Shown piece by piece: positions 1 to 8,501 of a DNA stretch of 64,000 bases. A program made the position numbers and the translations under genes. Each line of letters opens with the position of its first letter. The first letter of the stretch is position 1. Under the pieces are notes generated by a model. That model made no database searches, was not told the DNA's origin, and saw nothing but the letters and a program-made list of their open reading frames with translations. Source of the stretch: Acidobacteriota bacterium (lineage in GTDB: Bacteria; Acidobacteriota; UBA890; WLXD01); the NCBI GenBank assembly GCA_963666215.2, contig CAXWPL010000002.1, forward strand, positions 256,001-320,000. The letters run 5' to 3'.

Positions 1-549
1 AGCGTGACACTGGTGTCGTTCGGCGCCGCAGCGGTGGCCCAGTCGGGGTTTCATCAGGGCATGGAGTTGGCGGCGCGTTTTCGCCCGCCGGTCATCATGA
101 TCTGTTCCGTCGCCGCGCGGGCCGGGCTTCAAGGGAGCCTCGAAGGCCGCGCTGGCGGCTACGGAGTTGCTTCGCGCACCGTCGATGGCGGCGATCCGGT
201 GGCGATGCTCGAAGCCTGCGGCGAGGCGCGCCAAACGGTACGCGACAGTGGCGCCATGTTGCTGATTGCCGAGCTGCCAGACCCCGCCTTGTCTGCGGCG
301 AAGAACAACGGTGGGCTCGCCGCGCGTCGGGCCGTGGAGACGCAGCTTGAAGAGCTGGTCGCTGGCGGTCCACGGGCGCCTCTTCTGTCCGAGCGCCTCG
401 CGGCCATTCTGTCGACCGCGACCGACACCGTGCGAGAAGCGTCGGCTTCGGCGGCCGAGTCGGCGCCGCCAGCCGCCAGCAGAGCTCTCGAAGACATCTA
501 CGGCGAACCGTCATGGATGCAGCAGGAGCAATCCGAATGGCTAGCCTGA
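1..549 (+). CDS. 2-oxoacid dehydrogenase E1 alpha-like subunit, C-terminal part (5' truncated by window), degenerate active site
   Basis: Aligns by eye with PdhA/BkdA C-half (FHQGMELAA..PVI; RAGGYG...VDGGDP; EDIY). Canonical GDG..NN is GAA..CS and the YRxxxHS loop is absent. Directly precedes E1 beta. Confidence 0.8.
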   Translation, partial: SVTLVSFGAAAVAQSGFHQGMELAARFRPPVIMICSVAARAGLQGSLEGRAGGYGVASRTVDGGDPVAMLEACGEARQTVRDSGAMLLIAELPDPALSAAKNNGGLAARRAVETQLEELVAGGPRAPLLSERLAAILSTATDTVREASASAAESAPPAASRALEDIYGEPSWMQQEQSEWLA

Positions 550-1514
550 ACCTGGTGGAGGCGGTCAACTACGCGCTCGGCGCAGAGATGGAGAGTAATC
601 CGCTCGTGGTGCTGCTGGGCGAAGAAGTCAGCGAGTCCGGAGGCTTGCACGGCGCGGCCGAGGGGTTACTCGACCGCTTTGGCGGCGAACGCGTTCTCGA
701 GGTTCCGTTCGCCGAAGGCGGCCTGCTTGGCGCCGCTGCCGGAATGGCGATGTACGGCCTACGGCCGGTGGCCGAGCTGCCGTTCGCCGAATGCCTCTTT
801 CCCGGGCTCGAGCAGCTGTCTGTCGAGATCGCCCGCCTACGCTTCCGTTCGGGAGGCGAGTACACCTGCCCCCTCGTGGTCCGCGTGCCCTACGGCGCAG
901 GCATCGGTGGCGGCCTCGATCAGTTCGAGAGCCCCGAAGCCTACCTTACCCACAGCCCGGGACTGGTTGTTGTGGCCCCGTCGAACGCATACGACGCTGT
1001 TGGCCTGCTGCGCAGCGCGCTACGCGGCGACGATCCGGTGGCCTTCCTCGAGCCCCGTCGGCTCTACAGGCACGAGTCGATGGAGATTCCCGAGACGGAT
1101 TACGAGGTCCCGATCGGCGAAGCCAAGGTGCTTCGTGAGTGTGACGAGGGCGTGTCGTTGATCACCTACGGAGGCATGGTGCCGGTGTCGCTCGATGCTG
1201 CCGAGCTTGCCGCCGAAGCGGGCCACGAAGTCGAGGTGGTCGAGCTGCGAACACTGCTTCCTTTCGATATCGGCACCGTGCTCGCCTCGGTCGTCAAGAC
1301 TGGACGAGCGCTCGTTGTGACCGAGTCGCGCAAGCACGGTGGCTTCGGTGCCGAGCTGGTCGCGACGCTTGCCGAGCGCGCTTTGCTGCACCTGGAGGCG
1401 CCGGTCGAACGCGTCGCCGGCCTCGATGCTCCCATTCCCTATGCACGAGAGGAGCTCTACGTGCCCGACTCGAGCCGTGTCCTAGCGGCGATCGAGCGGC
1501 TCGTTAGCTTCTGA
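537..1514 (+). CDS. 2-oxoacid dehydrogenase E1 beta-like subunit
   Basis: MASLNLVEAVNYAL start; GLRPVAE, RFRSGG..CPLVVRVPYG, FLEP, ELRTLLPFD, SVVKTGR, EAPVERVAG motifs of PdhB/BkdB; overlaps the end of E1a. Confidence 0.9.
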   Translation: MASLNLVEAVNYALGAEMESNPLVVLLGEEVSESGGLHGAAEGLLDRFGGERVLEVPFAEGGLLGAAAGMAMYGLRPVAELPFAECLFPGLEQLSVEIARLRFRSGGEYTCPLVVRVPYGAGIGGGLDQFESPEAYLTHSPGLVVVAPSNAYDAVGLLRSALRGDDPVAFLEPRRLYRHESMEIPETDYEVPIGEAKVLRECDEGVSLITYGGMVPVSLDAAELAAEAGHEVEVVELRTLLPFDIGTVLASVVKTGRALVVTESRKHGGFGAELVATLAERALLHLEAPVERVAGLDAPIPYAREELYVPDSSRVLAAIERLVSF

Positions 1515-1525
1515 GAGCAGTGCCT

Positions 1526-3385
1526 ATGACCACCGAGTTCAAGCTGCCCGAGATCGGCGAGGGAATTGCCGAGGGCGAGATCGTCAAGTGGATGGTCGCG
1601 GAGGGCGACGTTGTTGCCGAGGACGATCCGCTGGTCGAGGTCATGACGGACAAGGCAACGGTTGAGATCCCGTCGCCACGGGCCGGCACGATCGTCAAGC
1701 TCGCGGCCCGGGAAGGTGAGGTTGTCGACGTTGGTACCGTGATCCTCGTGTTCGGCGATGAAGGTGACGAAGTCGGCAGCGAAGCTCAGGACGATTCGCA
1801 GCAGCTGGACGATTCGCCAGAGATGGATGCCGAGGGCTCCGGCGACGACGCTGCAATCGAGACAGCGGCTGAGGAGGTCGACAAGTCGCCGGCCAACGCC
1901 GACAGCTCGTCGAGCGGCTTCGATTGGGGACCCGGCGGCGACGCCAAGAAGAAGGTGAACGAAGAGGCGGCTACATCAATCCGCACGGACGCAACCGACA
2001 GCGTTGAGGACGCCCGCGCCGCCGCGCGAGCCGAGCTCGAAGCTGCAGAGGAGGTGCCGGTGGCTAGGCTGAACGGACACTCAGGAGCGGCTGTCAAGCC
2101 GTGGGAAATCGCCACCTTGTCGACGCCCGGCAATGGCGGATCCGGCCGACTCCTGGCGAGCCCGGCGACGCGTCGTCTGGCGCGAGAGGTTGGCGTGGAT
2201 CTCAGAGAGCTGATCGGCACGGAGCCGGACGGGCGCATTCGGAAAGAGGACGTCGAGGCGTTCGCCGCTACGCGCACCGCCATCATGCAGGGCGGGGCCA
2301 CGGTCTCCGCCACCCTGGCTGAGTCGGGTCCGGTGTCGTCGTCCGCCGCGGCCGATCCTGGCGCCGTAGTCGATGTGTCCGCCGCATCGGAGGCTTCAAC
2401 TCCAGCTTCTGCTCCGCCCGTCGTTCCTCCGCCGATCCCGACAGCCGCTTCGGCGCCCGCTCCAGCTGCCGACGCTGCCACATCAGACACCGAGCCGGAA
2501 GAGGAAGAAGAGCTCTCGTGGCGCCCGGTCGCCGAGCGGCCCGACCCGCCATCGGTCGCGCCCATCGCGAACACGGCCGAGGGAGTGAGAAACGACGAGG
2601 AACGCATCCCGTTCCGTGGACTGCGCCGGCGGATTGCCGAGCGCATGGTGCACTCCAAGACGGTCGTGCCGCACTTCACGTACGTTGAGGAACGCATCCC
2701 GTTCCGTGGACTGCGCCGGCGGATTGCCGAGCGCATGGTGCACTCCAAGACGGTCGTGCCGCACTTCACGTACGTTGAAGAGGCCGACATGTCGGAGGTG
2801 ATCGCGCTGCGACAGCAGGCCAAGCTGCTGGGCGCCGAAGAGGGCGTACGAGTGACGTACCTGCCGTTCATCATCCGCGCGCTCGTCACTGCCCTGCGTC
2901 AACATCCGATCGTCAACTCCACCCTCGACGAGGAGGCCGGCGAGATCGTGGTCAAACGCCACTTCAACGTCGGCATCGCGACCGCTACCGCTCGCGGCCT
3001 GATCGTGCCCGTCGTCAAGCACGCGGAGCGCTTGGGCGTGTTCGAGCTGGCGCGCGAGATCCAGCGCCTCGCCGAAAGTGCGCGAGATGGACGCAGCTCG
3101 ATCGAAGATCTTCAGGAGGGCACGATCACGATCACCAGTACCGGTAACATTGGCGGTGTGCTCGCGACGCCGATCGTCAACCACCCGGAAGTTGCGATCA
3201 TCGGAGTGACGGCGATTCGTAAGCGCGCAGTGGTGGTCGACGATGAGATCGTCGTGCGGCCGATGCTCAACCTTTCGATGTCGCTCGATCACCGCGTCGT
3301 CGACGGGGCTGACGGCGCGCTCTTCATGCGCGACCTGATTCGCTACCTCGAGGACCCGAGGCTCCAGCTGCTCGGTTCTTTGTGA
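1526..3385 (+). CDS. Dihydrolipoamide acyltransferase E2 (one lipoyl domain, peripheral subunit-binding domain, catalytic domain)
   Basis: EFKLPEIGEG..TDKATVE lipoyl motif; ASPATRRLARE..GRIRKEDV binding domain; catalytic DHRVVDG. Contains an exact 90-bp in-frame duplication. Confidence 0.95.
   Translation: MTTEFKLPEIGEGIAEGEIVKWMVAEGDVVAEDDPLVEVMTDKATVEIPSPRAGTIVKLAAREGEVVDVGTVILVFGDEGDEVGSEAQDDSQQLDDSPEMDAEGSGDDAAIETAAEEVDKSPANADSSSSGFDWGPGGDAKKKVNEEAATSIRTDATDSVEDARAAARAELEAAEEVPVARLNGHSGAAVKPWEIATLSTPGNGGSGRLLASPATRRLAREVGVDLRELIGTEPDGRIRKEDVEAFAATRTAIMQGGATVSATLAESGPVSSSAAADPGAVVDVSAASEASTPASAPPVVPPPIPTAASAPAPAADAATSDTEPEEEEELSWRPVAERPDPPSVAPIANTAEGVRNDEERIPFRGLRRRIAERMVHSKTVVPHFTYVEERIPFRGLRRRIAERMVHSKTVVPHFTYVEEADMSEVIALRQQAKLLGAEEGVRVTYLPFIIRALVTALRQHPIVNSTLDEEAGEIVVKRHFNVGIATATARGLIVPVVKHAERLGVFELAREIQRLAESARDGRSSIEDLQEGTITITSTGNIGGVLATPIVNHPEVAIIGVTAIRKRAVVVDDEIVVRPMLNLSMSLDHRVVDGADGALFMRDLIRYLEDPRLQLLGSL
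2597..2778 (+). repeat. Exact 90-bp tandem duplication (2 copies) inside E2
   Basis: 2597-2686 is repeated at 2687-2776 (EERIPFRGLRRRIAERMVHSKTVVPHFTYV x2). Confidence 0.95.
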
Positions 3386-3395
3386 CCTAGCTGCG

Positions 3396-4832
3396 ATGTC
3401 CGAAGACCTCCACGTCGACCTCGCCGTCATCGGCGCTGGGCCTGGCGGCTACGTCGCGGCCCTTCGCGCCGCGCAGCTCGGCCTCAAGACGGTGGTGATC
3501 GAGAAGGAGTTCGTTGGCGGTACCTGTCTGAACATCGGCTGTATCCCGTCGAAGGCACTCCTCGACGCCACCCATCTGCTGACGCAGATCCGCAACGCGT
3601 CGGCGTTCGGAATCCGGGTGGAGGGGATCGAGGTCGACTACCCGGCGATGCGCCAGCACAAGGCGAAAGTCGTCAAGATGTTGACCGGAGGTGTGCGCAG
3701 CCTGCTCCGCAAAGCCGGGGTTACCCTGATTGAGGGTGAGGGAAGCTTCGCTGGCCCGGGCGTGCTGCAGGTCGATCGCGCGGTCTCTGCTGCCACGAGC
3801 TCGGAGTCGAAGGGCGGGGCCGGCGGTCGCGTGGTCGTTCGGGCCGGCAGCATCATCATCGCCTCCGGGTCGGGCGAGGCTCAGCTGCCCGGGGTGCCGC
3901 TCGACGGAGAGCTCGTGATCTCCTCACGCGGCGCTCTCGATCTCGAAGAGGTGCCGCAGCGCATGGTGGTCGTGGGCGGTGGCTACATCGGCCTCGAGAT
4001 GAGCAGCGTGTATTCGCGCCTGGGCACCGACGTCGTCGTGCTCGAGATGCTCGATCGCCTGTTGCCTGAGATGGACCAAGAAGTCGCCGAGACCGCCGAG
4101 AAGCTCATGCGCGAGCAGGGCCTCGACATCCGCTTGAACGCGCGCGTCTCGGGCGTCACTGGCCGCGCGGGCGACGCGGAGGTCGCGTTCGAGACCACGG
4201 AAGAGCGGCAGACGGTTGCTACCGATATTGTCCTTGTGGCGATCGGGCGCCGCCCGCTGACCGCGGGGCTCGGCCTCGATGCAATTGATCTCGAGCCTGA
4301 CCCGCGTGGCTACATCACCGTCGACCACGGTATGCGGACCGGCGTGCCGGGGGTCTACGCGGTCGGCGATGTCGTACCGACGCCGATGCTCGCTCACGTG
4401 GCGATGGATGAGGGTGTTGTAGCGGCCGAGTGCGCAGCCGGTCGCGATGCGGCCATGGAGTATCGCGCGATCCCCGCGGTGGTGTTCACTTCGCCGGAGC
4501 TCGCCTCGGTCGGCCTCAAAGAGGAGGAGGCACTTGCGCGGGGCCGCAAGCTGCGGGTGGGTCGATTCCCGTTCCGTGGCAACGCTAGGGCGCGCGCCCG
4601 CAACGATGTCGAGGGTTGGGTGAAGATCATCGCCGACGCCGAAACCGACGAGCTGTTGGGCGCTCATTGTGTGGGCCCGGAAGCAGGTCATCTCATCCAC
4701 GAGGCCGTCGTAGCGATGGGTTACAGCGGCTATTCCGAAGACCTGGCGCTCACGGTGCACGCCCATCCGACGCTCTCCGAGGCCTTCAAGGAGGCGGCGC
4801 TTGCGGTTGACGGCCGGTCGCTGCATATCTAG
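3396..4832 (+). CDS. lpdA: Dihydrolipoyl dehydrogenase E3
   Basis: GAGPGG FAD motif, GGTCLNIGCIPSK redox disulfide, GGGYIGLE, C-terminal HPTLSE. Confidence 0.97.
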   Translation: MSEDLHVDLAVIGAGPGGYVAALRAAQLGLKTVVIEKEFVGGTCLNIGCIPSKALLDATHLLTQIRNASAFGIRVEGIEVDYPAMRQHKAKVVKMLTGGVRSLLRKAGVTLIEGEGSFAGPGVLQVDRAVSAATSSESKGGAGGRVVVRAGSIIIASGSGEAQLPGVPLDGELVISSRGALDLEEVPQRMVVVGGGYIGLEMSSVYSRLGTDVVVLEMLDRLLPEMDQEVAETAEKLMREQGLDIRLNARVSGVTGRAGDAEVAFETTEERQTVATDIVLVAIGRRPLTAGLGLDAIDLEPDPRGYITVDHGMRTGVPGVYAVGDVVPTPMLAHVAMDEGVVAAECAAGRDAAMEYRAIPAVVFTSPELASVGLKEEEALARGRKLRVGRFPFRGNARARARNDVEGWVKIIADAETDELLGAHCVGPEAGHLIHEAVVAMGYSGYSEDLALTVHAHPTLSEAFKEAALAVDGRSLHI

Positions 4833-4947
4833 CACCGCCGTGGCGCGCTCCGACGTCTCGACCCACCCAGCAGGATCGGGCTGTGGTGTTGTGGTGATCG
4901 CCGAGCCAGACGACCGCGTGAGCGGCGTCGGGGGCAACGCCTAGCTG

Positions 4948-7587
4948 ATGTCTTCGAGTGAGGGCTCGCTCTTCGGCGAGTCGCTTCGTGGCACGGTGGC
5001 GCGTGTCGTTTACGAGAATGCCGATAATCGCTGGGCGGTGCTGCGACTCGACACCGAGGAGGGCTTACGCGTCTCGGCCGTAGGAACTCTGGCGCCCGTA
5101 TTCGAGGGGGATGCGCTCGAGCTTCGCGGTGAGTGGGAGTGGGACAAACGCTACGGCCGTCAGTTTCGTGCTAGCTCCTCGCGTGCCGCGGAGCCACTCG
5201 GCGAGGTAGGTGTTCGACGCTATCTGTCCTCGGGGCGTATTCCGGGCATCGGAGCCGAGCTGGCGCGCCGACTGGTCGACGCGTTTGGCGGAGACACGCT
5301 ACGGATTCTCGACGAGGAACCGGCCAGGTTGCTGACCGTGCGTGGCATCGGCCCAAAACGCCTGGCCGATATCGAAGAGGCTTGGCAGGAGCACGCCGCC
5401 GATCGGCGGGCGCGAATCGGGCTGCACGACCTCGGGCTGGGAAACGCCCTGACCGAGCGCGTTCTCGACGCCTGGGGCGGTGAGGCGCTGACAAAGGTCC
5501 GTGCGAATCCGTACGGGCTGATTGCCGATGTGCGCGGGGTGGGCTTTCGCATTGCCGATTCCCTGGCACTCGGGCTCGGTTGGCACACCACCTCGGCTCC
5601 GCGTCTGCGCGCCGGACTGCGGCACGTGTTGCAGGAAGCCACCAACGAGGGGCACTGCTACCTGCCTCTGAGCCAGCTGTCGGATCGTGCCTCGCGGTTG
5701 CTCGGGCTGACAGGTATCGAGGTGCCGCCGTTCGACACGGATGATCCTGCCGGGGGACCGGCTTCGGCGAGCGGGCTGCTCGGCCAGAGCATCGATCGTA
5801 TGGCGGGAACGGGGGAGATCGTGGTCGAGCGTGCTCGATCGCGCGGTTCCCGTGCTGGCTCTCGCGGTGCAGGCGGTGCCGAGCTCGACTTCGGCGCAGA
5901 TGAAGGCTCGGTGACCGATCTACGGGATTCTCGCGCACAGGGTGGCGAGTCGGTACAGAACGAGGCCGAGCTGTCTGAGGAGTTTTCCGCAGCGGCGGAA
6001 GAGCCGCCCGCCTGGTTTGATGACATTCCCGCCTCAGAAGAGGACCAGAGACGCGTCTTCCTGTCGCATTTGTACGGTGCCGAACAACGCATCGCGCGCC
6101 GGTTGGCGCTGCTCGCGAGCGCTGCAGCGCAAAGCAGCACGGCGGAAGCCTCGCTCGACGGGATCCTGCGCCACGTCGAGTCGAAGTTGCGGGCACGCGG
6201 GCAGATCGAGCTCGGCTCGCAGCAGCGCCGGGCGGTGGAGCGCACGTTGAACGAACGACTACTTGTGGTCACGGGTGGTCCGGGAACCGGGAAGACGACC
6301 ATCGTCAACACGATCGTGCAAGCGTTTCAGCTACTCGAGCAACGGCCGACGTTGGCGGCTCCCACCGGTCGCGCCGCAAAACGGCTTGAAGAGGCGACCG
6401 GTCAGCCAGCCAAGACCTTGCATCGTCTTCTCGAGTTCCAGTTCGACACGGGCTTTGGCCGCGGTCCGGAGCGGCCGCTCGAGGCAGACCTCGTGATTGT
6501 CGACGAGGCCTCGATGATCGACCTGACGCTGATGGACGCGCTTGTGGGTGCGCTACCTCTCGGCTGCGGACTCCTGTTGGTGGGTGACTCCGATCAACTG
6601 CCGTCGGTGGGCCCGGGAGCGGTGCTCCGCGACCTTATCGGGTCGGGAGCGGTGCCGACGGTTCGTCTTACCGAGATCTACCGGCAGGCGAAGCGCAGCT
6701 TGATCGTCCGCAACGCGCATCGGATCAACACCGGTCAGATGCCGGTGCGCGAAGTGACGGCGCTCGACGAGGAGTTGTCGGGCGCAGACGACCTCATCGA
6801 GGTCGGTCTTGACACGGGCGTGGGGCTCACGACGCCGGGAGGCCCTCCGACACCCGACTTCTATTACATCGAAGAGCGAGATTCGGACCGTTCTCGCGAG
6901 CTCGCGGTGAGGCTGGTGAGGGAGCGCATGCCGAAGCGCTTCGGCCTCGACCCTGTTCGCGATATCCAGGTCATGGCCCCGATGCATCGTGGTCGGTGCG
7001 GCGTTGAGCGGCTCAATGTCGAGCTCCAGGCAGCGCTCAATGTGCGGTCGGGTGCGCTGATCGAGAGTCCTACCCTCAGCGGGATCAGCGGGATCAGCGC
7101 GGTCGCCGGGAGCACCGGGACGAGCGGCGACAGCGTGGCCGCGCCACGCCGGGCCACGCTCTGCATTGGCGACCGCGTCATGCAGCTGCGCAATGACTAT
7201 GATCGCGAGGTCTTCAACGGCGACATCGGCTGGGTGGTTGCGGTCGACGACGAGCTCGGCGTCAGTGTCGACTTCGCTGGTCGTATCGTGGGCTACGATC
7301 GCAAGGAGCTCGGCGACCTCACGCTGGCCTACGCCATCACCATCCACAAGAGCCAGGGCAGCGAGTACGACGCAGTGGTCGCGTTGCTGCTTCCGGAGCA
7401 CCACATCATGCTGCAGCGGAATCTGCTCTACACCGCGCTCACGCGAGGCAGAAACCTGGTGGTGCTCATCAGTACCGATGGGGCGCTGCGTCGCGCGATC
7501 GGCAACAATGCACCGTCGGCGCGGTACTCGGCGCTTGCCGAGCGCCTGAGCGCGGCGTTCGGCGGCGTGTTCGAGGGCGCTTCGTAG
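4948..7587 (+). CDS. recD2: ATP-dependent RecD2-like DNA helicase
   Basis: N-terminal YGRQF and HhH motifs (GIG), NPY, Walker A GGPGTGKT, APTGRAAK, DEASM, GDSDQLPSVGPG, YAITIHKSQGSE, RNLLYTALTR. Confidence 0.95.
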   Translation: MSSSEGSLFGESLRGTVARVVYENADNRWAVLRLDTEEGLRVSAVGTLAPVFEGDALELRGEWEWDKRYGRQFRASSSRAAEPLGEVGVRRYLSSGRIPGIGAELARRLVDAFGGDTLRILDEEPARLLTVRGIGPKRLADIEEAWQEHAADRRARIGLHDLGLGNALTERVLDAWGGEALTKVRANPYGLIADVRGVGFRIADSLALGLGWHTTSAPRLRAGLRHVLQEATNEGHCYLPLSQLSDRASRLLGLTGIEVPPFDTDDPAGGPASASGLLGQSIDRMAGTGEIVVERARSRGSRAGSRGAGGAELDFGADEGSVTDLRDSRAQGGESVQNEAELSEEFSAAAEEPPAWFDDIPASEEDQRRVFLSHLYGAEQRIARRLALLASAAAQSSTAEASLDGILRHVESKLRARGQIELGSQQRRAVERTLNERLLVVTGGPGTGKTTIVNTIVQAFQLLEQRPTLAAPTGRAAKRLEEATGQPAKTLHRLLEFQFDTGFGRGPERPLEADLVIVDEASMIDLTLMDALVGALPLGCGLLLVGDSDQLPSVGPGAVLRDLIGSGAVPTVRLTEIYRQAKRSLIVRNAHRINTGQMPVREVTALDEELSGADDLIEVGLDTGVGLTTPGGPPTPDFYYIEERDSDRSRELAVRLVRERMPKRFGLDPVRDIQVMAPMHRGRCGVERLNVELQAALNVRSGALIESPTLSGISGISAVAGSTGTSGDSVAAPRRATLCIGDRVMQLRNDYDREVFNGDIGWVVAVDDELGVSVDFAGRIVGYDRKELGDLTLAYAITIHKSQGSEYDAVVALLLPEHHIMLQRNLLYTALTRGRNLVVLISTDGALRRAIGNNAPSARYSALAERLSAAFGGVFEGAS

Positions 7588-7706
7588 CGACACAGCGACG
7601 CGGCGTTGTAGACGTAGCAACCTGGCAACCCGCGGCGCAGACGTGTGCTGGTTTCGCGAGAGTGACACCGCTCGCGTGCAGCAGCGGTGAGAGCAGGAGC
7701 GAGGTG

Positions 7707-8375
7707 ATGACCGAAGGTGCGGTTGAGGGCGGTGACGCGAGGCTGATCGTCGAGCAGTTCGTCGTGCAGCCGTTCGCTGAGAACTCCCTGCTGATTGGCT
7801 GCGTCCGAACCCGCCAAGGGGTGCTGATCGACCCTGGCGGTCGCGTCCCGGAGTTGCTCGCTGCGGCCGACAGGCATGCGCTGTCGATCGAGGCCATCTG
7901 GTTGACGCACGCCCACATCGACCACGTGATGGGTGTGGCCGAGGCAGCGAGGGCCACCTCGGCGCCGATCTTGTTGCATCCCGATGATCGGGCCTGGTAC
8001 GAAGGCGCCGAACAACAGGGGGCGATGTTCGGCATGGCGTTCGAGCTGCCGCCACCGGTCGATCGTTGGCTCTCAGATGGCGAAACGCTGGCGCTCGGAG
8101 AGCTCACTGCCGAGGTCATCCACGTCCCCGGACATAGTGAAGGGCACGTTGCGTTCTGGTTTCGTGATCTCGCCACGGTGTTCTCAGGCGATTGCCTGTT
8201 CGCCGGGTCGATCGGCCGGACCGACCTGCCGGGCGGCTCCTACGAGACGTTGATGAGCTCGATACGCGGCCGGCTCCTACCGCTCGGCGATGGAGCTCGC
8301 GTGGTGCCTGGGCATGGTCCCTCGACAACGATCGGCGAAGAGGTGCGAACCAACCCGTTCTTGATCAAGCGCTAG
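7707..8375 (+). CDS. MBL-fold metallohydrolase (glyoxalase II/YcbL-like)
   Basis: THAHIDH, PGHS, SGDCLFAGSIGRTD, PGHG motifs. Confidence 0.9.
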   Translation: MTEGAVEGGDARLIVEQFVVQPFAENSLLIGCVRTRQGVLIDPGGRVPELLAAADRHALSIEAIWLTHAHIDHVMGVAEAARATSAPILLHPDDRAWYEGAEQQGAMFGMAFELPPPVDRWLSDGETLALGELTAEVIHVPGHSEGHVAFWFRDLATVFSGDCLFAGSIGRTDLPGGSYETLMSSIRGRLLPLGDGARVVPGHGPSTTIGEEVRTNPFLIKR

Positions 8376-8501
8376 CCGCACCAACCCGTTGGGCCCCGCT
8401 GCGCTGGAGGGTCACCGCGGCAACAACACCGCCGATCGGAACATGCCCACGCCGAGGGTAGCTCGCGACGGCGAAAAGCGAAGCGCGAGCGGATCAGAGG
8501 A

